From Eledone cirrhosa (Eukaryota), in contig OZ024740.1 in NCBI GenBank assembly GCA_964016885.1, positions 427,614,001 to 427,678,000 of the forward strand: a stretch of 64,000 nucleotides of DNA, given 5' to 3'. Below are positions 34,201 through 49,200 of the stretch, one piece after another (within the stretch, counting starts at the first letter, position 1; each line of letters starts with the position of its first letter). The notes under the pieces were generated by a model, which had not been told where the DNA came from, did not search any database, and was given only the letters and a program-made list of their open reading frames with translations. A program made the translations under genes and the position numbers.

Positions 34201-37200
34201 TAAGACTCTACCATATCTCACTGTACAATAGTTATATAAAACTCTACCCTATCTCAGTGTACCATAGTTATATAAAACTCTACCCTATCTCAGTGTTGTA
34301 TAGTTATATAAAACTCTACCCTATCTCACTGTACCATAGTTATATAAAACTCTACCCTATCTCAGTGTACCATAGTTATATAAAACCCTACCCTATCTTA
34401 CTGTACCATAGTTATATACAACTCTACCCTATCTCAGTGTACAATAGTTATATAAAACTCTACCCTATCTCAGTGTTGTATAGTTATATAAAACTCTACC
34501 CTATCTCACTGTACCATAGTTATATAAAACTCTACCCTATCTCAGTGTACCATAGTTATATAAAACTCTACCCTATCTCAGTGTACCATAGTTATATAAA
34601 ACTCTACCCTATCTCAGTGTACCATAGTTATATAAAACTCTACCCTATCTCAGTGTTGTATAGTTATATAAAACTCTACCCTATCTCACTGTACCATAGT
34701 TATATAAAACTCTACCCTATCTCAGTGTTGTATAGTTATATAAAACTCTACCCTATCTCACTGTACCATAGTTATATAAAACTCTACCCTATCTCAGTGT
34801 ACCATAGTTATATAAAACTCTACCCTATCTCACTGTACCATAGTTATATAAAACTCTACCCTATCTCAGTGCACCATAGTTATATAAAACTCTACCCTAT
34901 CTCAGTGTACCATAGTTATATAAAACTCTACCCTATCTCAGTGTACCATAGTTATATAAAACTCTACCCTATCTCAGTGTTGTATAGTTATATAAAACTC
35001 TACCCTATCTCACTGTACCATAGTTATATAAAACTCTACCCTATCTCACTGTACCATAGTTGTATAAAACTCTACCTTATCTCACTGTACCATAGTTATA
35101 TAAAACTCTACCCTATCTCACTGTACCATAGTTATATAAAACTCTACCCTATCTCAGTGTTGTATAGTTATATAAAACTCTACCCTATCTCAGTTTACCA
35201 TAGTTATATAAAACTCTACCCTATCTCACTGTACCATAGTTATATAAAACTCTACCCTATCTCACTGTACCATAGTTATATAAAACTCTACCCTATCTCA
35301 CTGTACCATAGTTATATAAAACTCTACCCTATCTCACTGTACCATAGTTATATAAAACTCTACCCTATCTCACTGTACCATAGTTATATAAATCTCTAAC
35401 CTATCTCACTGTACCATAGTTATATAAAACTCTACCCTATCTCAGTGTACCATAGTTATATAAAACTCTACCCTATCTCAGTGTACCATAGTTATATAAA
35501 ACTCTACCCTATCTCACTGTACCATAGTTATATAAAACTCTACCCTATCTCAGTGTTGTATAGTTATATAAAACTCTACCCTATCTCACTGTACTGTAGT
35601 TATATAAAACTCTACCCTATCTCACTGTACCATAGTTATATAAAACTCTACCCTATCTCAGTGTACCATAGTTATATAAAACTCTACCCTATCTCACAGT
35701 ACCATAGTTATATAAAACTCTACCCTATCTCACTGTACCATAGTTATATAAAACTCTACCCTATCTCAGTGTACCATAGTTATACAAAACTCTACCCTAT
35801 CTCAGTGTTGTATAGTTATATAAAACTCTACCCTATCTCAGTGTACCATAGTTATATAAAACTCTACCCTATCTCAGTGTTGTATAGTTATATAAAACTC
35901 TACCCTATCTCACTGTACCATAGTTATATAAAACTCTACCCTATCTCACTGTACCATAGTTATATAAAACTCTACCCTATCTCAGTGTACCATAGTTATA
36001 TAAAACTCTACCCTATCTCAGTGTACCATAGTTATATAAAACTCTAACCTATCTCACTGTACCATAGTTATATAAATCTCTACCCTATCTCACTGTACCA
36101 TAGTTATATAAAACTCTACCCTATCTCAGTGAACCATAGTTATATAAAACTCTACCCAATCTCACTGTACCATAGTTGTATAAAACTCTACCCTATTTCA
36201 CTGTACCATAGTTATATAAAACTCTACCCTATCTCACTGTACCATAGTTATATAAAACACTACCCTATCTCACTGTACCATAGTTATATAAAACTCTACA
36301 CTATCTCACTGTACCATAGTTATATAAAACTCTACCCTATCTCAGTGTTGTATAGTTATATAAAACTCTACCCTATCTCACTTTACCATAGTTATATAAA
36401 CTCTACCCTATCTCAGTGTAACATTGTTATATAAAACTCTACCCTATCTCACTGTACCATAGTTATATAAAACTCTACCCTATCTCAGTGTACCATAGTT
36501 ATATAAAACTCTACCCTATCTCAGTGTACCATAGTTATATAAAACTCTACCCTCTCTCAGTGTTGTATAGTTATATAAAACTCTACCCTATCTAACTGTA
36601 CCATAGTTATATAAAACTCTACCCTATCTCAGTGTACTATAGTTATATAAAACTCTACCCTATCTCAGTGTACCATAGTTATAGAATACTCTACCCTATA
36701 TTACTGAACCATAGTTATATAAAAATCTACCCTATCTCACACTACCATAGTTATATAAAACTCTACCCTATCTCACTGTACCATAGTTATATAAAACTCT
36801 ACCCTATCTCACTGTACCATAGTTATATAAAACTATACCCTATCTCAGTGTTGTATAGTTATATAAAACTCTACCCTATCTCAGTTTACCATAGTTATGT
36901 AAAACTCTACCCTATCTCACTGTACCATAGTTATATAAAATTCTACCCTATCTCACTGTACCATAGCTATATAAAATTCAACCCTATCTCAGTGTTGTAT
37001 AGTTATATACAACTCTACCCTATCTCAGTGTACCATAGTTATATAAAACTCTACCCTATCTCAGTGTTGTATAGTTATATAAAACTCTACCCTATCTCAG
37101 TGTACCATAGTTATATAAAACTCTACCCTATCTCATTGTACCATAGTTATATAAAACTCTACCCTCTCTCAGTGTTGTATAGTTATATAAAACTCTACCC

Positions 37201-40200
37201 TATCTAACTGTACCATAGTTATATAAAACTCTACCCTATCTCAGTGTACTATAGTTATATAAAACTCTACCCTCTCTCAGTGTTGTATAGTTATAGAATA
37301 CTCTACCCTATCTTACTGAACCATAGTTATATAAAAATCTACCCTATCTCACACTACCATAGTTATATAAAACTCTACCCTATCTCACTGTACCATAGTT
37401 ATATAAAACTCTACCCTATCTCAGTGTACCATAGTTATATAAAACTCTACCCTATCTCAGTGTTGTATAGTTATATAAAACTCTACCCTATCTCAGTTTA
37501 CCATAGTTATATAAAACTCTACCCTATCTCACTGTACCATAGTTATATAAAACTCTACCCTATCTCACTGTACCATAGCTATATAAAACTCTACCCTATC
37601 TCAGTGTTGTATAGTTATATACAACTCTACCCTATCTCAGTGTACCATAGTTATATAAAACTCTACCCTATCTCAGTGTTGTATAGTTATATAAAACTCT
37701 AACCTATCTCAGTGTACCATAGTTATATAAAACTCTACCCTATCTCACTGTACCATAGTTATATAAGACTCTACCATATCTCAATGTACAATAGTTATAT
37801 AAAACTCTACCCTATCTCAGTGTACCATAGTTATATAAAACTCTACCCTATCTCAGTGTTGTATAGTTATATAAAACTCTACCCTATCTCACTGTACCAT
37901 AGTTATATAAAACTCTACCCTATCTCAGTGTACCATAGTTATATATAACCCTACCCTATCTTACTGTACCATAGTTATATACAACTCTACCCTATCTCAG
38001 TGTACAATAGTTATATAAAACTCTACCCTATCTCAGTGTTGTATAGTTATATAAAACTCTACCCTATCTCACTGTACCATAGTTATATAAAACTCTACCC
38101 TATCTCAGTGTACCATAGTTATATAAAACTCTACCCTATCTCAGTGTACCATAGTTATATAAAACTCTACCCTATCTCAGTGTACCATAGTTATATAAAA
38201 CTCTACCCTATCTCAGTGTTGTATAGTTATATAAAACTCTACCCTATCTCACTGTACCATAGTTATATAAAACTCTACCCTATCTCAGTGTTGTATAGTT
38301 ATATAAAACTCTACCCTATCTCACTGTACCATAGTTATATAAAACTCTACCCTATCTCAGTGTACCATAGTTATATAAAACTCTACCCTATCTCACTGTA
38401 CCATAGTTATATAAAACTCTACCCTATCTCAGTGCACCATAGTTATATAAAACTCTACCCTATCTCAGTGTACCATAGTTATATAAAACTCTACCCTATC
38501 TCAGTGTACCATAGTTATATAAAACTCTACCCTATCTCAGTGTTGTATAGTTATATAAAACTCTACCCTATCTCACTGTACCATAGTTATATAAAACTCT
38601 ACCCTATCTCACTGTACCATAGTTGTATAAAACTCTACCCTATCTCACTGTACCATAGTTATATAAAACTCTACCCTATCTCACTGTACCATAGTTATAT
38701 AAAACTCTACCCTATCTCAGTGTTGTATAGTTATATAAAACTCTACCCTATCTCAGTTTACCATAGTTATATAAAACTCTACCCTATCTCACTGTACCAT
38801 AGTTATATAAAACTCTACCCTATCTCACTGTACCATAGTTATATAAAACTCTACCCTATCTCACTGTACCATAGTTATATAAAACTCTACCCTATCTCAC
38901 TGTACCATAGTTATATAAAACTCTACCCTATCTCACTGTACCATAGTTATATAAATCTCTAACCTATCTCACTGTACCATAGTTATATAAAACTCTACCC
39001 TATCTCAGTGTACCATAGTTATATAAAACTCTACCCTATCTCAGTGTACCATAGTTATATAAAACTCTACCCTATCTCACTGTACCATAGTTATATAAAA
39101 CTCTACCCTATCTCAGTGTTGTATAGTTATATAAAACTCTACCCTATCTCACTGTACCATAGTTATATAAAACTCTACCCTATCTCAGTGTACCATAGTT
39201 ATATAAAACTCTACCCTATCTCACTGTACCATAGTTATATAAAACTCTACCCTATCTCAGTGCACCATAGTTATATAAAACTCTACCCTATCTCAGTGTA
39301 CCATAGTTATATAAAACTCTACCCTATCTCAGTGTACCATAGTTATATAAAACTCTACCCTATCTCAGTGTTGTATAGTTATATAAAACTCTACCCTATC
39401 TCACTGTACCATAGTTATATAAAACTCTACCCTATCTCACTGTACCATAGTTGTATAAAACTCTACCCTATCTCACTGTACCATAGTTATATAAAACTCT
39501 ACCCTATCTCACTGTACCATAGTTATATAAAACTCTACCCTATCTCAGTGTTGTATAGTTATATAAAACTCTACCCTATCTCAGTTTACCATAGTTATAT
39601 AAAACTCTACCCTATCTCACTGTACCATAGTTATATAAAACTCTACCCTATCTCACTGTACCATAGTTATATAAAACTCTACCCTATCTCACTGTACCAT
39701 AGTTATATAAAACTCTACCCTATCTCACTGTACCATAGTTATATAAAACTCTACCCTATCTCACTGTACCATAGTTATATAAATCTCTAACCTATCTCAC
39801 TGTACCATAGTTATATAAAACTCTACCCTATCTCAGTGTACCATAGTTATATAAAACTCTACCCTATCTCAGTGTACCATAGTTATATAAAACTCTACCC
39901 TATCTCACTGTACCATAGTTATATAAAACTCTACCCTATCTCAGTGTTGTATAGTTATATAAAACTCTACCCTATCTCACTGTACTGTAGTTATATAAAA
40001 CTCTACCCTATCTCACTGTACCATAGTTATATAAAACTCTACCCTATCTCAGTGTACCATAGTTATATAAAACTCTACCCTATCTCACAGTACCATAGTT
40101 ATATAAAACTCTACCCTATCTCACTGTACCATAGTTATATAAAACTCTACCCTATCTCAGTGTACCATAGTTATACAAAACTCTACCCTATCTCAGTGTT

Positions 40201-43200
40201 GTATAGTTATATAAAACTCTACCCTATCTCAGTGTACCATAGTTATATAAAACTCTACCCTATCTCAGTGTTGTATAGTTATATAAAACTCTACCCTATC
40301 TCACTGTACCATAGTTATATAAAACTCTACCCTATCTCACTGTACCATAGTTATATAAAACTCTACCCTATCTCAGTGTACCATAGTTATATAAAACTCT
40401 ACCCTATCTCAGTGTACCATAGTTATATAAAACTCTAACCTATCTCACTGTACCATAGTTATATAAATCTCTACCCTATCTCACTGTACCATAGTTATAT
40501 AAAACTCTACCCTATCTCAGTGAACCATAGTTGTATAAAACTCTACCCAATCTCACTGTACCATAGTTGTATAAAACTCTACCCTATTTCACTGTACCAT
40601 ATTTATATAAAACTCTACCCTATCTCACTGTACCATAGTTATATAAAACACTACCCTATCTCACTGTACCATAGTTATATAAAACGCTACACTATCTCAC
40701 TGTACCATAGTTATATAAAACTCTACCCTATCTCAGTGTTGTATAGTTATATAAAACTCTACCCTATCTCACTTTACCATAGTTATATAAACTCTACCCT
40801 ATCTCAGTGTAACATTGTTATATAAAACTCTACCCTATCTCACTGTACCATAGTTATATAAAACTCTACCCTATCTCAGTGTACCATAGTTATATAAAAC
40901 TCTACCCTATCTCAGTGTACCATAGTTATATAAAACTCTACCCTCTCTCAGTGTTGTATAGTTATATAAAACTCTACCCTATCTAACTGTACCATAGTTA
41001 TATAAAACTCTACCCTATCTCAGTGTACTATAGTTATATAAAACTCTACCCTATCTCAGTGTACCATAGTTATAGAATACTCTACCCTATCTTACTGAAC
41101 CATAGTTATATAAAAATCTACCCTATCTCACACTACCATAGTTATATAAAACTCTACCCTATCTCACTGTACCATAGTTATATAAAACTCTACCCTATCT
41201 CACTGTACCATAGTTATATAAAACTCTACCCTATCTCAGTGTTGTATAGTTATATAAAACTCTACCCTATCTCAGTTTACCATAGTTATGTAAAACTCTA
41301 CCCTATCTCACTGTACCATAGTTATATAAAACTCTACCCTATCTCACTGTACCATAGCTATATAAAACTCTACCCTATCTCAGTGTTGTATAGTTATATA
41401 CAACTCTACCCTATCTCAGTGTACCATAGTTATATAAAACTCTACCCTATCTCAGTGTTGTATAGTTATATAAAACTCTACCCTATCTCAGTGTACCATA
41501 GTTATATAAAACTCTACCCTATCTCACTGTACCATAGTTATATAAGACTCTACCATATCTCACTGTACAATAGTTATATAAAACTCTACCCTATCTCAGT
41601 GTTGTATAGTTATATAAAACTCTACCCTATCTCACTGTACCATAGTTATATAAAACTCTACCCTATCTCAGTGTACCATAGTTATATAAAACTCTACCCT
41701 ATCTCACTGTACCATAGTTATATACAACTCTACCCTATCTCAGTGTACAATAGTTATATAAAACTCTACCCTATCTCAGTGTTGTATAGTTATATAAAAC
41801 TCTACCCTATCTCACTGTACCATAGTTATATAAAACTCTACCCTATCTCAGTGTACCATAGTTATATAAAACTCTACCCTATCTCAGTGTACCATAGTTA
41901 TATAAAACTCTACCCTATCTCAGTGTACCATAGTTATATAAAACTCTACCCTATCTCAGTGTTGTATAGTTATATAAAACTCTACCCTATCTCACTGAAC
42001 CATAGTTATATAAAACTCTACCCTATCTCAGTGTTGTATAGTTATATAAAACTCTACCCTATCTCACTGTACCATAGTTATATAAAACTCTACCCTATCT
42101 CAGTGTACCATAGTTATATAAAACTCTACCCTATCTCACTGTACCATAGTTATATAAAACTCTACCCTATCTCAGTGCACCATAGTTATATAAAACTCTA
42201 CCCTATCTCAGTGTACCATAGTTATATAAAACTCTACCCTATCTCAGTGTACCATAGTTATAAAAAACTCTACCCTATCTCAGTGTTGTATAGTTATATA
42301 AAACTCTACCCTATCTCACTGTACCATAGTTATATAAAACTCTACCCTATCTCACTGTACCATAGTTGTATAAAACTCTACCCTATCTCACTGTACCATA
42401 GTTATATAAAACTCTACCCTATCTCACTGTACCATAGTTATATAAAACTCTACCCTATCTCAGTGTTGTATAGTTATATAAAACTCTACCCTATCTCAGT
42501 TTACCATAGTTATATAAAACTCTACCCTATCTCACTGTACCATAGTTATATAAAACTCTACCCTATCTCACTGTACCATAGTTATATAAAACTCTACCCT
42601 ATCTCACTGTACCATAGTTATATAAAACTCTACCCTATCTCACTGTACCATAGTTATATAAAACTCTACCCTATCTCACTGTACCATAGTTATATAAATC
42701 TCTAACCTATCTCACTGTACCATAGTTATATAAAACTCTACCCTATCTCAGTGTACCATAGTTATATAAAACTCTACCCTATCTCAGTGTACCATAGTTA
42801 TATAAAACTCTACCCTATCTCACTGTACCATAGTTATATAAAACTCTACCCTATCTCAGTGTTGTATAGTTATATAAAACTCTACCCTATCTCACTGTAC
42901 TGTAGTTATATAAAACTCTACCCTATCTCACTGTACCATAGTTATATAAAACTCTACCCTATCTCAGTGTACCATAGTTATATAAAACTCTACCCTATCT
43001 CACAGTACCATAGTTATATAAAACTCTACCCTATCTCACTGTACCATAGTTATATAAAACTCTACCCTATCTCAGTGTACCATAGTTATACAAAACTCTA
43101 CCCTATCTCAGTGTTGTATAGTTATATAAAACTCTACCCTATCTCAGTGTACCATAGTTATATAAAACTCTACCCTATCTCAGTGTTGTATAGTTATATA

Positions 43201-46200
43201 AAACTCTACCCTATCTCACTGTACCATAGTTATATAAAACTCTACCCTATCTCAGTGTACCATAGTTATAGAAAACTCTACCCTATCTCAGTGTTGTATA
43301 GTTATATAAAACTCTACCCTATCTCAGTGTTGTATAGTTATATAAAACTGTACCCTATCACAGTATACCATAGTTATATAAAACTCTACCCTATCTCAGT
43401 GTACCATAGTTATATAAAACTCTACCCTATCTCACTCTACCATAGTTATATAAAACTCTGCCCTATCTCAGTGTTGTATAGTTATATAAAACTCTACCCT
43501 ATCTCACTGTACTGTAGTTATATAAAACTCTACCCTATCTCACTGTACCATAGTTATATAAAACTCTACCCTATCTCAGTGTACCATAGTTATATAAAAC
43601 TCTACTCTATCTCACAGTACCATAGTTATATAAAACTCTACCCTATCTCAGTGTACCATAGTTATATAAAACTCTACCCTATCTCACAGTACCATAGTTA
43701 TATAAAACTCTACCCTATCTCACTGTACCATAGTTATATAAAACTCTACCCTATCTCAGTGTACCATAGTTATATAAAACTCTACCCTATCTCAGTGTTG
43801 TATAGCTATATAAAACTCTACCCTATCTCACTGTACCATAGTTATATAAAACTCTACCCTATCTCACTGTACCATAGTTGTATAAAACTCTACCCTATCT
43901 CACTGTACCATAGTTATATAAAACTCTACCCTATCTCACTGTACCATAGTTATATAAAACTCTACCCTATCTCAGTGTTGTATAGTTATATAAAACTCTA
44001 CCCTATCTCAGTTTACCATAGTTATATAAAACTCTACCCTATCTCACTGTACCATAGTTATATAAAACTCTACCCTATCTCAGTGTACCATAGTTATATA
44101 AAACTCTACCCTATCTCACTGTACCATAGTTATATAAAACTCTACCCTATCTCACTGTACCATAGTTATATAAAACTCTACCCTATCTCACTGTACCATA
44201 GTTATATAAATCTCTAACCTATCTCACTGTACCATAGTTATATAAAACTCTACCCTATCTCAGTGTACCATAGTTATATAAAACTCTACCCTATCTCAGT
44301 GTACCATAGTTATATAAAACTCTACCCTATCTCACTGTACCATAGTTATATAAAACTCTACCCTATCTCAGTGTTGTATAGTTATATAAAACTCTACCCT
44401 ATCTCACTGTACTGTAGTTATATAAAACTCTACCCTATCTCACTGTACCATAGTTATATAAAACTCTACCCTATCTCAGTGTACCATAGTTATATAAAAC
44501 TCTACCCTATCTCACAGTACCATAGTTATATAAAACTCTACCCTATCTCACTGTACCATAGTTATATAAAACTCTACCCTATCTCAGTGTACCATAGTTA
44601 TACAAAACTCTACCCTAACTCACTGTACCATAGTTATATAAAACTCTACCCTATCTCAGTGTACCATAGTTATAGAAAACTCTACCCTATCTCAGTGTTG
44701 TATAGTTATATAAAACTCTACCCTATCTCAGTGTTGTATAGTTATATAAAACTGTACCCTATCACAGTATACCATAGTTATATAAAACTCTACCCTATCT
44801 CAGTGTACCATAGTTATATAAAACTCTACCCTATCTCACTCTACCATAGTTATATAAAACTCTGCCCTATCTCAGTGTTGTATAGTTATATAAAACTCTA
44901 CCCTATCTCACTGTACTGTAGTTATATAAAACTCTACCCTATCTCACTGTACCATAGTTATATAAAACTCTACCCTATCTCAGTGTACCATAGTTATATA
45001 AAACTCTACCCTATCTCACAGTACCATAGTTATATAAAACTCTACCCTATCTCACTGTACCATAGTTATATAAAACTCTACCCTATCTCAGTGTACCATA
45101 GTTATACAAAACTCTACCCTATCTCAGTGTTGTATAGTTATATAAAACTCTACCCTATCTCAGTGTACCATAGTTATATAAAACTCTACCCTATCTCAGT
45201 ATTGTATAGTTATATAAAACTCTACCCTATCTCACTGTACCATAGTTATATAAAACTCTACCCTATCTCAGTGTACCATAGTTATAGAAAACTCTACCCT
45301 ATCTCAGTGTTGTATAGTTATATAAAACTCTACCCTATCTCAGTGTTGTATAGTTATATAAAACTCTACCCTATCTCAGTGTTGTATAGTTATATAAAAC
45401 TCTACCCTATCTCAGTGTACCATAGTTATATAAAACTCTACCCTATCTCAGTGTTGTATAGTTATATAAAACTGTACCCTATCACAGTATACCATAGTTA
45501 TATAAAACTCTACCCTATCTCAGTGTACCATAGTTATATAAAACTCTACCCTATCTCACTCTACCATAGTTATATAAAACTCTACCCTATCTCAGTGTAC
45601 CATAGTTATATAAAACTCTACTCTATCTCACTGTACCATAGTTATATAAAACTCTACCTTATCTCACTGTACCATAGTTATATAAAAGTCTACCCTATCT
45701 CACTGTACCATAGTTATATAAAACTCTACCCTATCTCAGTGCAACATAGTTATATAAAACTCTACCCTATCTCAGTGTACCATAGTTATATAAAACTCTA
45801 CCCTATCTCAGTGTACCATAGTTATATAAAACTCTAACCTATCTCACTGTACCATAGTTATATAAATCTCTACCCTATCTCAGTGTACCATAGTTATATA
45901 AAACTCTACCCTATCTCAGTGTACCATAGTTATATAAAACTCTACCCAATCTCACTGTACCATAGTTGTATAAAACTCTACCCTATTTCACTGTACCATA
46001 GTTATATAAAACTCTACCCTATCTCACTGTACCATAGTTATATAAAACACTACCCTATCTCACTGTACCATAGTTATATAAAACTCTACACTATCTCACT
46101 GTACCATAGTTATATAAAACTCTACCCTATCTCAGTGTTGTATAGTTATATAAAACTCTACCCTATCTCACTTTACCATAGTTATATAAACTCTACCCTA

Positions 46201-49200
46201 TCTCAGTGTACCATTGTTATATAAAACTCTACCCTATCTCACTGTACCATAGTTATATAAAACTCTACCCTATCTCAGTGTACCATAGTTATATAAAACT
46301 CTACCCTATCTCAGTGTACCATAGTTATATAAAACTCTACCCTATCTCAGTGTACTATAGTTATATAAAACTCTACCCTATCTCAGTGTACTATAGTTAT
46401 ATAAAACTCTACCCTATCTCACTGTACCATAGTTATATAAAACTCTACCCTATCTCAGTGTACCATAGTTATATAAAACTCTACCCTATCTCAGTGTACT
46501 ATAGTTATATAAAACTCTACCCTATCTCACTGTACCATAGTTATATAAAACTCTACCCTATCTCAGTGTACCATAGTTATATAAAACTCTACCCTATCTC
46601 AGTGTACCATAGTTATATAAAACTCTACCCTATCTCAGTGTTGTATAGTTATATAAAACTCTACCCTATCTCAGTTTACCATAGTTATATAAAACTCTAC
46701 CCTATCTCACTGTACCATAGTTATATAAAACTCTACCCTATCTCACTGTACCATAGCTATATAAAACTCTACCCTATCTCAGTGTTGTATAGTTATATAC
46801 AACTCTACCCTATCTCAGTGTACCATAGTTATATAAAACTCTACCCTATCTCAGTGTTGTATAGTTATATAAAACTCTACCCTATCTCAGTGTACCATAG
46901 TTATATAAAACTCTACCCTATCTCACTGTACCATAGTTATATAAGACTCTACCATATCTCACTGTACCATAGTTATATAAAACTCTACCCTATCTCAGTG
47001 TACCATAGTTATATAAAACTCTACCCTATCTCAGTGTACCATAGTTATATAAAACTCTACCCTATCTCAGTGTTGTATAGTTATATAAAACTCTACCCTA
47101 TCTCACTGTACCATAGTTATATAAAACTCTACCCTATCTCAGTGTACCATAGTTATATAAAACTCTACCCTATCTCACTGTACCATAGTTATATACAACT
47201 CTACCCTATCTCAGTGTACAATAGTTATATAAAACTCTACCCTATCTCAGTGTTGTATAGTTATATAAAACTCTACCCTATCTCACTGTACCATAGTTAT
47301 ATAAAACTCTACCCTATCTCAGTGTACCATAGTTATATAAAACTCTACCCTATCTCAGTGTACCATAGTTATATAAAACTCTACCCTATCTCAGTGTACC
47401 ATAGTTATATAAAACTCTACCCTATCTCAGTGTTGTATAGTTATATAAAACTCTACCCTATCTCACTGTACCATAGTTATATAAAACTCTACCCTATCTC
47501 AGTGTACCATAGTTATATAAAACTCTACCCTATCTCACTGTACCATAGTTATATAAAACTCTACCCTATCTCAGTGTACCATAGTTATATAAAACTCTAC
47601 CCTATCTCACTGTACCATAGTTATATAAAACTCTACCCTATCTCAGTGCACCATAGTTATAGAAAACTCTACCCTATCTCAGTGTACCATAGTTATATAA
47701 AACTCTACCCTATCTCAGTGTACCATAGTTATATAAAACTCTACCCTATCTCAGTGTTGTATAGTTATATAAAACTCTACCCTATCTCACTGTACCATAG
47801 TTATATAAAACTCTACCCTAACTCACTGTACCATAGTTGTATAAAACTCTACCCTATCTCACTGTACCATAGTTATATAAAACTCTACCCTATCTCAGTG
47901 TACCATAGTTATATAAAACTCTACCCTATCTCAGTGTTGTATAGTTATATAAAACTCTACCCTATCTCAGTTTACCATAGTTATATAAAACTCTACCCTA
48001 TCTCACTGTACCATAGTTATATAAAACTCTACCCTATCTCAGTGTACCATAGTTATAGAAAACTCTACCCTATCTCAGTGTTGTATAGTTATATAAAACT
48101 CTACCCTATCTCAGTGTTGTATAGTTATATAAAACTCTACCCTATCTCAGTGTTGTATAGTTATATAAAACTCTACCCTATCTCAGTGTACCATAGTTAT
48201 ATAAAACTCTACCCTATCTCAGTGTTGTATAGTTATATAAAACTGTACCCTATCACAGTATACCATAGTTATATAAAACTCTACCCTATCTCAGTGTACC
48301 ATAGTTATATAAAACTCTACCCTATCTCACTCTACCATAGTTATATAAAACTCTACCCTATCTCAGTGTACCATAGTTATATAAAACTCTACTCTATCTC
48401 ACTGTACCATAGTTATATAAAACTCTACCTTATCTCACTGTACCATAGTTATATAAAAGTCTACCCTATCTCACTGTACCATAGTTATATAAAACTCTAC
48501 CCTATCTCAGTGCAACATAGTTATATAAAACTCTACCCTATCTCAGTGTACCATAGTTATATAAAACTCTACCCTATCTCAGTGTACCATAGTTATATAA
48601 AACTCTAACCTATCTCACTGTACCATAGTTATATAAATCTCTACCCTATCTCAGTGTACCATAGTTATATAAAACTCTACCCTATCTCAGTGTACCATAG
48701 TTATATAAAACTCTACCCAATCTCACTGTACCATAGTTGTATAAAACTCTACCCTATTTCACTGTACCATAGTTATATAAAACTCTACCCTATCTCACTG
48801 TACCATAGTTATATAAAACACTACCCTATCTCACTGTACCATAGTTATATAAAACTCTACACTATCTCACTGTACCATAGTTATATAAAACTCTACCCTA
48901 TCTCAGTGTTGTATAGTTATATAAAACTCTACCCTATCTCACTTTACCATAGTTATATAAACTCTACCCTATCTCAGTGTACCATTGTTATATAAAACTC
49001 TACCCTATCTCACTGTACCATAGTTATATAAAACTCTACCCTATCTCAGTGTACCATAGTTATATAAAACTCTACCCTATCTCAGTGTACCATAGTTATA
49101 TAAAACTCTACCCTATCTCAGTGTACTATAGTTATATAAAACTCTACCCTATCTCAGTGTACTATAGTTATATAAAACTCTACCCTATCTCACTGTACCA